A stretch of DNA of 62,445 nt, filler included. It is 6 parts of 6 records of this genome, joined end to end, with 100 filler letters (N's around TTAATTAATTAA, not from the genome) between each part and the next. Parts side by side here need not be neighbours in the genome. Positions count along the whole stretch, not along the records: positions 35,155 to 54,475 come from DRR378314_1094; positions 54,576 to 62,445 come from DRR378314_1099; 4 more parts are not named here. One strand, written 5' to 3'. Positions 49,166 through 59,110 of the stretch are shown in pieces; position 1 is the first letter of the stretch, and every line of letters starts with the position of its first letter. The notes beneath the pieces are model-generated. The model searched no databases. It saw only the letters and a program-made list of their open reading frames with translations, and was not told the DNA's origin. Both the position numbers and the translations under genes were made by a program.

Positions 49166-51309
49166 TTAGAACGGCATGACCGGGTCCTTTGTAGGAAGGC
49201 CGAACTTGTTGGCAAGATGGCTTTGTGCGACAACCTGGAAAAAGTTGAGCAGATTCTTGACGTCGTCGGGCGTGAGGCGGTGGTCCATCTTGATGATTTC
49301 CTCCTCGTCGCTTGAGAAGAGACCGCCGAAGCGGGAAGTTTTCTTGTCAATGATCACGAGGTCAGGATCAAGCTGGAACTTGGCGTCGTAGTCGACAATG
49401 ACCCACGAGCTGGCGCCGCTCTCATCCATATTCTTGTAAATGACTGTCTCGTACGCCCAACCGTTGTCGTTGTGCATGTTCATTCCATCCTGTTCCCACG
49501 AGGACGCGTTACGACCGAAGCGCTCGAGCATGAATTTCTCTTTCTGCACTCCCGTAATGTTCTCGGCCGCGCAGAGCTCCGTCATGAATTCGACGGTGTC
49601 CTCGGGCGCTACGTTGCTCACGGTGAATGAGTCTGCCTTCTCATGAAAATCAGCAAACGATAGATTGCTAATGACCTGCTTAATCTGCGTGCTCGTTGTG
49701 GACTTGAAGGCATTAACGACGGTTTGCCACACGCCGGCAGCTGCGCCAATAGCTTTCTCAAGCCACGACATGACACCGGATGCATCTGTAGCAAACGCAG
49801 CTCCTGTGTGCGGAAAGGGAACCATTCCGAGCATTGCGTACTTCATGGGCATGAGTTTTGCGCTCTTGAGGGTATCTGCAGCGTAGTAGACAAGATGCTC
49901 TGCGATGTCATCGCACGTAGCGTTTTGTGAAGCGGCGCAGCGCTCCGCGAGCGTAGTCTCCGTTCCGAGTGTGCGCCCGTCATCCGCCATGTGAATGATC
50001 CGGTGCAACAGCATGTGGGGGACGCTTGTGCTTTCAAACGATGATGAAAAGAACGCGAAGCTCGTTGCACGAGGGGTTTCGTCCTCTGCTGCCACCACAA
50101 TTACGGTGACGAGGACGCGTGAGCCCTGTGCGGTGACGTGGAGGACGAGGCCGCCGCCGGGAAGCAAATCGCGGAGCTCCTCTGCCGCCACGTTGTAGCT
50201 GCGCTCGATCTCCGGAAGCATCTGCGCGACAGTTTTCGCAGGGACATCACGAATGTATGATCGCGTACTCTGTGACATGAAGGAAACAGCTTGGTTGCGA
50301 ACATCCTGGATCGCAGTGTTGTGCGTTACACGGCGGATCTCGTGCTGGAACGGAGGATAATCGAGCACTGCGTCGACAACGCGCGCCAGCGCACAGTCTC
50401 CGTTCTCGGAGAGATAGCGCGGTGACGGGCCCGCGCAGACTTGCGGAATTCCAACGAGCGTGGCCTTGAACTCCCCTGCAGCCTGACAACGCGCATAGCT
50501 CTCTTGTGTGAGAACTTCGTCGGGAGTGTCACCACGCGGCTCGCGGCGAGTCTTGTGCTCGCAGCAGCACTTGTCCAGCCAGGCGCATCGCGAGCAGTGC
50601 CAGCAGTGCTTGTATCGGACATCGTTGTACTGCTGTATGACGGTCCAGGACCCGTGTACGACGAAGTAACTCACATCAATGGCCGCGTCGTTCGTTTTGC
50701 CGCTTAGCGTTACAAATGCCCAGGTCAGCAGGCCATTTGCACCGTCGACCTGAAAGTCGAGCGAGTACCAGCGGGCGGGAGGTGGATTTTGTAGCGCATT
50801 GTAGATTTCCGTGTAGATGACGAGCCTGGTCTTCTCAGGCAGACTATCAATGCTTTCGATGTCTGCTTTTATCTTCGCAATGTTGCCTGTTGTACTCCCA
50901 TTTGCCACAATATCGCTTGTGAAACCGGACATAAAGTCTTGCCAGTTTGGAGGGCAAGGAGGGGCAGCGTGTACCATTTCCCATTTGGCAGAGCCAACGC
51001 AATCCGCCTCGTAGATCGGGCTGGTTCGCGACGAAAGGGGAGAAGAAGCACGCAGATCAATGTTACGTGTACGCCACTGCGTCTCAGAGAATTGGAGTGC
51101 GTGCAGTGGCATGCAGAGGAGGAATCTCTAGTGAATCACAAACGTAGATAGACAGAGCGTGACTGGGTCGGAAGGGGCGAATCCGGCAGATGTAGGGAGG
51201 GAAGCGGCGCATCCTAAACGTACGTTGTACCTGCCGTTCCTAGCTCCGCACACGCGAGAATCGCCAGTGCAATCGTGAGCGCACACCGAAAGCAGTACAC
51301 TGAAACCAT
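49166..51309 (-). CDS. Secreted ~646-aa protein of unknown function, 2 exons (51224-51309, 49166-51020)
   Basis: Exon 1 encodes a signal peptide, MVSVYCFRCALTIALAILACAELGTA. The donor AC|GTACGT and acceptor CAG|C join in frame to the 1.85-kb ORF. Confidence 0.85.
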
Positions 51310-54300
51310 TTGCACGAGCTTGTAGCTGAAAGCTGCTCGAATATGAGTAACGCACATCGCACATTAGAATTTCGGACGTCGCACAGGTGAGCGAATATCG
51401 CCACTGACGACGAAAACGTCTGTTTTGCGACTCCTACTGCTCCCAAAGTGCCACGTTCCGGCGAAAGGGAAAGCTTGGACATGTGACATGCAGCACTTAT
51501 AGAAGTTTGATTTGCTGTTTTCCCGCATATTTGCGAGTCCGTCGACTTTTGCAATAGACATTGTAGCGTGGACATGAGTATGTGGCGGAGTGCGCGAAGA
51601 CGAGAATCGTTCCTCTCAGAAATTTCGCCGAAAATTCGACGAGCGCACACGCGAACAAAATGGGCGGTGTCACCGGACTCGCGAGCAATGCGCAGCGCGT
51701 TTACTGCGTCAAGTCGAGCTACACAAGGTGCTTCTTTCTCTCACTGCCGAACCTTCAGAACGGAAAAGCACAAGAACATATGCTCAATGCATACATCGAG
51801 ATACCATGATGAAAATGGCGGAATGGTGCCTCCTGTAGCAAGGTACACCGCCGCCCTGGTATTACAATCTTTAGGGTGCGCAGGTATCGCATCATTGTTA
51901 GTAACTAGCCGTTATTCCAAGAGCTATCTCCTGCGCGCAGCGACGTGCGATTTTTTGCAACTATAATACTTAAGTAGATGTTAAGAAATGGATAGGCACA
52001 GTGTACTGGCGGTGTACAGTTTCCATACGCGGGAAATGCCGTGGTGACGCGTCCTATAGAGCTAGATTTCACTGCAAAGTGTACATCGCAGTTCCACACG
52101 AGCGTCAGCGCGAGCAGCTCCGCGCTCCCAGGACGAATAGGGCCCCATTTGCACCAGAGCACTCCAGGAGTTACACACGGCATCCACGTATCTGCTCTGC
52201 GCTATTCCAATCATGGTGGTGACAACTTCGCGCATACGCTCACTCGTATGTCTCTGTACCGTGTAGTTAGAATTATAGGCCAGCAACAATGGCAGCTCCG
52301 AGCTGGTCGCTGGAGGTAGGACAGAGCACCCAGCGGCGGCGCATTCCGGCAAACGGAGAACCGCGACGCCGGAATTACGCTGGGAGTCCTGTTGCGCTCG
52401 TTTCGATTGCGATTTGCTGCGTGTCCTTGCGAGGCGGAGGAAGTACCCGTGTTGGCGCTGATCGACGCGGTGCAAGCGATGAGCCCTAGCGGCGTCGCGT
52501 GGGACGCGCGCGGGGGGCCGTCTCACGTGACAGGGCCACGTGCCGCGTCACGCGCACAGCGGGCGAAGGAGAAACGCCCCACTCACCCTAAAGCGCAGGC
52601 TAGGACTAGTGCTAAGCTCTGGAAGTACTTGAATACACAGGCGCGTGCGTTTTTCTTTCCATAAATGGCGTTTGCTAGTGTCGGCAGGGCGCGTGGTGAG
52701 GAGGTGGGGACTCAGGAGTCTGCCTCTCTAGGGCTTCACTTTTTCAGGTAATGCATCTGCGATCCAGCAACGGCGCATGCCAACTGTAGCCGCATTTGGA
52801 AATCACCGTAGCGCTGAACCTATCCTGTACGTAGACGACGTACCAACAAACACAGCTGCAGCCTCCTGCACGCTGTTGCGAGGCAGCGGATGGGCACCGC
52901 ACCTTGGTGCGGCAGCGAATTTACGAGAAGTAACGATTCTCCCTTTTTTCGTCGTCCGTCGCGGCGGCTGAGCCGCCTGCACTGTGATGTACAGTCTTAC
53001 CTGAACGTCTGCCAGGAGAAGAATGATCAAGGCCTTGTCGTATTTATAGAAAAGAAAATGTGACTTGGTTACTTCTGCAGTGCAGGAATGGCACGGAAGG
53101 CGAGCCTCAGTGCTGAGCACACCAGAATTTTACTCCAGAGCCGCGCATGCTGGCGGGGGCGCCCTCAGAAGGCGCGCCGAATGCGGCCACTGTGTGCAAA
53201 GGAGGGGATACCAAGGGCTCCCGCGTGCCGCAGCTTCCACGCAACGGGAAGTGCATTCCCCTCAAGATAACGATTCCGTTCCTTCATTTTCGGTCACCGG
53301 CACAAGTATCCCCTGTTCCGACGTGAGGCGCGGTGATGAAAACGACCGCAAGCTGCTGTTTGCAATGTTCCGAAACGGTGCGGCTGATGCAGCTTGTTGC
53401 GGCACAAGCCTCGGTCGACACGTGGCGTGTAGTTCTACTGTGTTGGCTTGCGCCCCTCACGGCTTTTCACCATCGTTTTCCTTTTCTAACGACAAGTCAA
53501 AGTGGCCCCTTAAGATGAATATTGTTCATAGTGCAGTGGGGGGGACCAGAATTTTTCCGTGTGCTCGCTCTGTGCGTGTTCGCGTCTGCGCATAGTCTAC
53601 CACTTTACATGGCTGCGCGGTACGGTGCAGCACAGACGGGCAGTCGTGTCCTTGCGCGATCGCCATGTAAACTACCGGCGCGCTGTCGCACTTACCAGCA
53701 GGGGCCACTTCGCAGTTTTCTCGTTCCCATGCTGAAGGCCCAGTCCGTTTTGTGGCACATTCATTTGCAGAGTCTCGGAAGTTAAGCATCGAATATCAAT
53801 GGGGAGAGTTTTGGCCGGAGAGGGGGTGGGCCTGCACCGTAGCGCGGGCTGCGGGAACGTCGTGTCGGCTGCTCTTCACTACGGACGCAAAGGGCTCCAG
53901 TTTGCTTCTGCTGGAGTTGCCAGGAGGCGACAACATCAGCTCTCTTTGCATTGTTTGCGACGCGGTCGACACCTCTCGCTACGAACGACGCAGCAGGAAC
54001 TTCTTCGGCAATGTATTACACCGGTATCGTTGCGTAAAGGAAACGAAAATGTTTCCTATATTTGCAATGCGTACCAATGTGAGCCTTCGCGCGACTTTGA
54101 CGCTGCGCTGCTGGGGAGGGGGCTGCCGGAGCAGCGTACAAAGGGCGGTTGTGGAGGGCGCGCAGAAAAGAGGGGGGTGGCGTGTGGATCGCGGTCTTGC
54201 GCCCCAGCACTTACGCCATGCGCGTGCGCGGCACTCTGCATTGTCACAGAGCGCAGTTTCACGAGGCGGCGCTGGAAAGCATTCCTTGCGCCATTCTGGA

Positions 54301-54475
54301 TATACATATATATACATATTGGTGAGAATACGCTTGTAGTTTTTCTTTCTTTGCCGTTTTTTTTGTATTCGCGAAACGTGCAAAATGCAACAGGCGCTTT
54401 GCTTCCGGGCGCTTCTACCGGGAGCAAGACGCAGCAGACTTGTATCCAGGGTTGTAAATGTTTATAAACGCAGTT

Positions 54476-54575
54476 NNNNNNNNNNNNNNNNNNNNNNNNN
54501 NNNNNNNNNNNNNNNNNNNTTAATTAATTAANNNNNNNNNNNNNNNNNNNNNNNNNNNNNNNNNNNNNNNNNNNN
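54476..54575. other. Artificial contig linker (eukaryote/bacterium boundary)
   Basis: N44-TTAATTAATTAA-N44. Confidence 0.99.
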
Positions 54576-55159
54576 GGGCAGCCCGGCACCTTGATGATCG
54601 GCTTGTCCGGCATGTTCGGGACTTTATGCGTCGGCGTCGCCCGGGTTGGGTTCGGTCGGGCCGCCTGCACGCATCCCCAGGAGGCACAAGAGCCCCAACT
54701 GATGATCGCCTTGGCGTGATTGGCGACATGGCGCAACTGCTCAACAAAGGGTTTGCCTGCGATGATGCAATACATCCCGTCTTCATCCAGCGGCGCATTG
54801 CCCTCAACCGCCAGAATGAAATTGCCGTCGTATTTCTTGATGGTTTCCTCGATGATCGCCTCGGCCTGATCGCCAGCTGCCGCCATGATGGTGTCGTCAT
54901 AGTCGAGCGAGATCATCGACAGGATCACATCCTTGGCCAGCGGGTGCGCCGAGCGAATAAAGCTTTCAGAGCAACAAGTGCATTCCAACCCGTGCAACCA
55001 CAGAACCGGGATCCGCGGCTTGGTTTCCATCGCCTCAGCGATCTGCGGCGCAAAGGCCGGGCTCAACCCCAAAGCACCAGCCGCGAGGCTGCAATATTTC
55101 AGAAAACTGCGGCGGGTGATCCCCTGCCTGCGCATCACTTCATAAAATGTTTCGTGCAT
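54576..55159 (-). CDS. hupS: Membrane-bound uptake [NiFe]-hydrogenase small subunit, group 1d (O2-tolerant); 3'-truncated
   Basis: Tat signal [40 protein letters not shown] and KVPGC. RBS AGGGAG lies 6 nt before the ATG. Confidence 0.97.
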
Positions 55160-55295
55160 TTATGGCTCCCTGATCTTTCCTTATCCCAGCATTCCGGCAG
55201 GCCGGCTGCTATGTTCCCACCATGCAATCACGAGTCACACAAATCGCGCGACTGAAATGCTCTCATCGCTTCGGAAGGGAGGTAAATATGTTTTT

Positions 55296-55308
55296 TATCA
55301 AAAAGTTA
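55296..55308 (+). promoter_or_regulatory. IHF binding site in the hupS promoter region
   Basis: TATCAAAAAGTTA is an exact match to WATCAANNNNTTR, within AT-rich DNA. Confidence 0.65.
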
Positions 55309-55348
55309 CGGAAAGATTATCTTTAAATAACCTGCAAAAACTGCTCAT

Positions 55349-55361
55349 TTTGCGCTGCAAA
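55349..55361. promoter_or_regulatory. Putative HupR/HoxA binding palindrome
   Basis: TTTGC-GCT-GCAAA contains TTG-N5-CAA, the R. capsulatus HupR site. It lies ~190 bp upstream of hupS and upstream of the IHF site. Confidence 0.6.
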
Positions 55362-55392
55362 TCGGATAGTAATCTTCCAGTGTTTGCACATT

Positions 55393-55420
55393 TTCCAAGC
55401 AAGCTTACCACTTGCCGGAA
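55393..55420 (-). terminator. Imperfect stem-loop immediately after the cbbR stop
   Basis: Minus strand TTCCGGCAAG-TGGTAAG-CTTGCTTGGAA. There is no U-tract, so terminator function is uncertain. Confidence 0.35.
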
Positions 55421-55422
55421 TT

Positions 55423-56304
55423 TCAGTGCTCTTCCAGCAATACCGCGAGAAACGCTTCGGCCCCGACTGAAATCCGTTTCCCCTTGGGCCAGGCAACATG
55501 CCAATGCCGCAGGATCGGGAAACCCGCAACATTCAACTCAACCAGCTTACCTGATTGCAATTCCAACCGCGCAGACCCACGCGATATGACCGATATGCCA
55601 AGCCCCGCCATCACAGCTTCGGAGATGGCCTCATTGGCACCAAGTTCCATTCTGATCGTAGGGGTGATCCCCTCACCCAGAAAATACCGTTCGGTTGCAA
55701 TGCGGGTCCCCGACCCTTTTTCACGCATGATAAAGGCCTCGCCTTGCAGATCAGAGGCTATGACCCTCTGCTTTCCCGCAAGAGGATGATCAGGCGCCGC
55801 AACCACGACAATCGGGTTCTCGGCATATTGCCGTGAGTCAGCTTCAAGTTCCTCTGGTATGGTCCCTAGCACATAAAGGTCATCTTCATTCGCGGCAAAA
55901 CGCTCCAGCAGTTCTTCTCGGTTGCCGACGGTAAGTGACACGTCGATCCCTGGATACTTGCGGCAATAATCACCAAGCCGACGCGGGATGTCATACTTTG
56001 CGGTGGACACTACGGATATCCGCAACCGGCCCCTCGCCATGCCGCGCAGTTCGGTCAGACGCATATTCATGCTGTCCAGTTCGTCCAGTACATCCTGCGC
56101 CGTCGCAAGAACGACCTCACCTGCCTCGGTCAGAAACAAGCGTTTTCCAATCCGTTCAATCAGCGCGCTGCCAAGGTGCTCTTGCAACTGGCGTACCTGC
56201 GTAAAGACTGCTGGCTGGGTCAAGTTCAAATGCTCGGCAGCACGGGTGTAGGAAAGATTGCGCGCGACCGCGCGGAAAATCTGCAACTGGCGAAGGCTTG
56301 TCAT
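55423..56304 (-). CDS. cbbR: LysR-type Calvin cycle regulator, divergent from cbbL
   Basis: HTH SLRQLQIF..SYTRAAEHLNLTQPAV, the CbbR-typical VVSTAKY, VGNRE and REKGSGTR, and the canonical divergent position. Confidence 0.95.
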   Translation of the reverse strand: MTSLRQLQIFRAVARNLSYTRAAEHLNLTQPAVFTQVRQLQEHLGSALIERIGKRLFLTEAGEVVLATAQDVLDELDSMNMRLTELRGMARGRLRISVVSTAKYDIPRRLGDYCRKYPGIDVSLTVGNREELLERFAANEDDLYVLGTIPEELEADSRQYAENPIVVVAAPDHPLAGKQRVIASDLQGEAFIMREKGSGTRIATERYFLGEGITPTIRMELGANEAISEAVMAGLGISVISRGSARLELQSGKLVELNVAGFPILRHWHVAWPKGKRISVGAEAFLAVLLEEH

Positions 56305-56432
56305 GAGAATTTACTTTAATGAATTCTATGAATAACTACTATTAATTTTTTAAAAGTCTTGCAAGCTGCTAGAGATCCCGGAACGCAGGCCCGCCACCCT
56401 GCACAGACGAAACACCGGGAGGAACTGGCACG
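56305..56432. promoter_or_regulatory. Divergent cbbR/cbbL control region with LysR T-N11-A boxes and cbbL RBS
   Basis: AT-rich block 56305-56360 with TTA-N7-CTA (56316-56328) and TAA-N7-TAA (56333-56345). GGAGGA precedes the ATG at 56433. Confidence 0.65.
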
Positions 56433-57860
56433 ATGAACGTTCAACGGAAAAAATATGATGCCGGAGTGAAAGACTATCGCTCCACCTATTGGGAACCTGA
56501 ATATTCGGTAAAGGAAACTGACCTGTTGGCCGTCTTCAAGGTTATCCCGCAGGACGGCGTTCCGCGTGAAGAGGCCGCGGCGGCCGTGGCGGCCGAAAGC
56601 TCTACCGGGACATGGACAACAGTCTGGACCGATCTTTTAACCGATCTCGACCACTATAAGGGCCGCGCCTATCGGATCGAGGATTTGCCGGGACAAGACG
56701 ACGCATTTTACGCCTTCATCGCCTACCCTGCCGACCTGTTCGAAGAAGGTTCGGTCGTCAATGTGATGACGTCGATCGTGGGCAATGTTTTTGGCTTCAA
56801 AGCGGTGCGTTCATTGCGGTTGGAGGATGTTCGTTTCCCCATCTGGTTCGTGAAAACCTGCTTTGGCCCACCGCATGGTATTCAGGTCGAACGCGACAAG
56901 ATGGATAAATACGGCCGCCCGCTGCTGGGCTGCACCATCAAACCAAAACTCGGACTGTCGGCCAAGAACTATGGCCGCGCCGTTTATGAAGTACTACGCG
57001 GTGGTCTGGATTTTTCAAAGGACGATGAAAACGTCAATTCCCAGCCTTTCATGCGCTGGCGTGACCGCTTCTTGTTCTGTCAGGAAGCCATCTACAAATC
57101 CGAGCTTGAGACCGGTGAACGCAAAGGCCACTACTTGAACGTGACGGCTGGCACGGTCGAGGAAATGTACCAGCGCGCCGAATTCGCCAAGGAAATCGGC
57201 TCTCCGATCATCATGTCGGACTATCTGACCATGGGCTGGGCCGCGCATAATTCTCTGTCGAAATGGTGCCGCGACAATGGGATGCTGTTGCACGTCCACC
57301 GTGCCATGCATGCCGTGATGGACCGCAACCCCAACCATGGCATCAATTTCCGTGTGCTGACCAAGATTTTGCGGCTGCTGGGTGGTGACCACCTGCATTC
57401 CGGCACAGTCGTTGGCAAATTGGAAGGCGACCGCAATGCCACGCTAGGCTGGATCAACCTTATGCGCGACAAATTCGTCAAGGAAGATCGCGAGATGGGC
57501 GTTTTCTTTGATCAGGACTGGGGCTCAATGCCCGGTGTTTTCCCAGTCGCTTCTGGGGGAATTCATGTCTGGCACATGCCTGCACTGGTATCGATTTTCG
57601 GCAATGATTCCGTGTTGCAATTCGGCGGCGGTACTTTGGGCCACCCCTGGGGCAATGCGGCAGGGGCGGCGGCAAACCGAGTGGCGCTTGAGGCCTGTGT
57701 GCAGGCCCGCAATGAAGGTCGTGAGTTGGAGAAAGAAGGAAAAGACATCCTGACCAATGCGGCAAAACACAGCCCTGAATTGAAGGTCGCCATGGAGACA
57801 TGGAAAGAGATCAAGTTCGAGTTTGACACGGTCGACAAGCTCGACGTTCAGCACCGTTGA
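56433..57860 (+). CDS. cbbL: RuBisCO large subunit, green-like form IA (IAq), R. capsulatus-like
   Basis: [56 protein letters not shown] and C-terminus [14 protein letters not shown]. It is followed by cbbS, cbbQ and cbbO, with no carboxysome genes. Confidence 0.99.
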   Translation: MNVQRKKYDAGVKDYRSTYWEPEYSVKETDLLAVFKVIPQDGVPREEAAAAVAAESSTGTWTTVWTDLLTDLDHYKGRAYRIEDLPGQDDAFYAFIAYPADLFEEGSVVNVMTSIVGNVFGFKAVRSLRLEDVRFPIWFVKTCFGPPHGIQVERDKMDKYGRPLLGCTIKPKLGLSAKNYGRAVYEVLRGGLDFSKDDENVNSQPFMRWRDRFLFCQEAIYKSELETGERKGHYLNVTAGTVEEMYQRAEFAKEIGSPIIMSDYLTMGWAAHNSLSKWCRDNGMLLHVHRAMHAVMDRNPNHGINFRVLTKILRLLGGDHLHSGTVVGKLEGDRNATLGWINLMRDKFVKEDREMGVFFDQDWGSMPGVFPVASGGIHVWHMPALVSIFGNDSVLQFGGGTLGHPWGNAAGAAANRVALEACVQARNEGRELEKEGKDILTNAAKHSPELKVAMETWKEIKFEFDTVDKLDVQHR

Positions 57861-57888
57861 CCTCCAAGCCTCTCGAAAGGATACGAAA

Positions 57889-58245
57889 ATGAGTACAATA
57901 CAGGACTACCCATCCCGTCTTTCCGATCCCTCCAACCGTAAAATGGAAACCTTTTCCTATTTGCCAGAGATGACGAAAGAACAAATGCGAAAGCAGATCG
58001 AATGGATCGTCAAAAACGGCTGGAACCCGGGAATCGAGCATACCGAGCCTCAACATGCCCGTGATTATTATTGGTACATGTGGAAGCTGCCGATGTTCGG
58101 CGAAACCGACGTTGACGCGATCCTTGCCGAGCTTGAAGCCTGTCATAAAGAAAATCCGGGCAACCATGTCCGTCTGCTGGGTTACGACAACTTTTCACAA
58201 AGTCAGGGCGCCAATATGGTCGTCTATCGCGGCGAGATGATCTGA
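57889..58245 (+). CDS. cbbS: RuBisCO small subunit (118 aa, green-type)
   Basis: [27 protein letters not shown] and HVRLLGYDN. An AAGGA RBS precedes the ATG at 57889. It lacks the red-type C-terminal extension. Confidence 0.98.
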   Translation: MSTIQDYPSRLSDPSNRKMETFSYLPEMTKEQMRKQIEWIVKNGWNPGIEHTEPQHARDYYWYMWKLPMFGETDVDAILAELEACHKENPGNHVRLLGYDNFSQSQGANMVVYRGEMI

Positions 58246-58306
58246 CCATCTGCAACACGAACCACCCAACGTCCTTGTCCAGAACTGCCAAAGCTTGGAA
58301 TTAACC

Positions 58307-59110
58307 ATGGATACTATCATTTCTGACCACGCCATCTCTGACGAACCTTGGTACAGGCCCGTCAGCGACGAAGTGACATTATTTCAGGCGGCTTACGGCG
58401 CTAGGATGCCTGTGATGCTGAAAGGTCCGACCGGGTGCGGCAAGACGCGGTTTGTCGAACATATGGCATGGAAACTTGGCCGCCCTCTGGTCACGGTGGC
58501 CTGCAATGAAGACATGACTGCTTCTGATCTGGTCGGGCGCTTTCTGCTCGATGCCGATGGCACCAAATGGCAGGATGGCCCGTTGACGTTGGCCGCCCGC
58601 TTTGGCGCGATTTGCTATCTGGATGAGGTCGTAGAGGCGCGGCAAGACACCACGGTGGTGATCCACCCGCTGACCGACAATCGCCGGGTCTTGCCTCTGG
58701 AAAAGAAGGGGGAACTGCTTGAAGCGCATCCCGACTTTTTCCTCGTGATCAGCTACAATCCCGGCTACCAATCCTTAATGAAAGATCTCAAGCAATCCAC
58801 CAAGCAACGGTTTGGAGCGCTGGATTTCAACTGGCCCGAAGCCGAAGTGGAGATAGAAATTGTCGCCCATGAATCCGGTGCCGATCAGGATATTTCCAAG
58901 AAGCTTGTCGAAATCGGCGGGCGGGCGCGGAACCTTAAAGGTCACGGGCTGGACGAGGGCATCTCGACGCGAATGCTGATCCACGCAGGCAAGCTGATTG
59001 GTCAGGGCGTGGAGCCAGGCCCGGCCTGTCGGATGGCGCTGGTGCGCCCGATCACCGATGACCCTGACATGCGGGATGCGCTCGATGCTGCCGTCGCCAC
59101 CTATTTCTGA
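58307..59110 (+). CDS. cbbQ: CbbQ AAA+ ATPase (MoxR family), RuBisCO activase
   Basis: Walker A LKGPTGCGKT, ICYLDEVVEARQDTTV and SYNPGYQ..KDLKQSTKQRF. Confidence 0.97.
   Translation: MDTIISDHAISDEPWYRPVSDEVTLFQAAYGARMPVMLKGPTGCGKTRFVEHMAWKLGRPLVTVACNEDMTASDLVGRFLLDADGTKWQDGPLTLAARFGAICYLDEVVEARQDTTVVIHPLTDNRRVLPLEKKGELLEAHPDFFLVISYNPGYQSLMKDLKQSTKQRFGALDFNWPEAEVEIEIVAHESGADQDISKKLVEIGGRARNLKGHGLDEGISTRMLIHAGKLIGQGVEPGPACRMALVRPITDDPDMRDALDAAVATYF

Noticed and set aside
55223-55239. Sigma-54 promoter for hupS
   Set aside because: The minus strand reads TG-N10-GC and lacks the invariant GG at -24.
57205-57250. RuBis[16 protein letters not shown] in place of IIMHDYLTGGF as a novel variant
   Set aside because: As I recall, the same pattern occurs in R. 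capsulatus CbbL, so it is a clade marker and not new.
57823-57888. N-terminal extensions of CbbS (and of CbbO from 58998, CbbQ from 58295) in the ORF track
   Set aside because: These are artefacts of longest-ORF calling. Downstream ATGs give normal lengths, and cbbS has a clear RBS.
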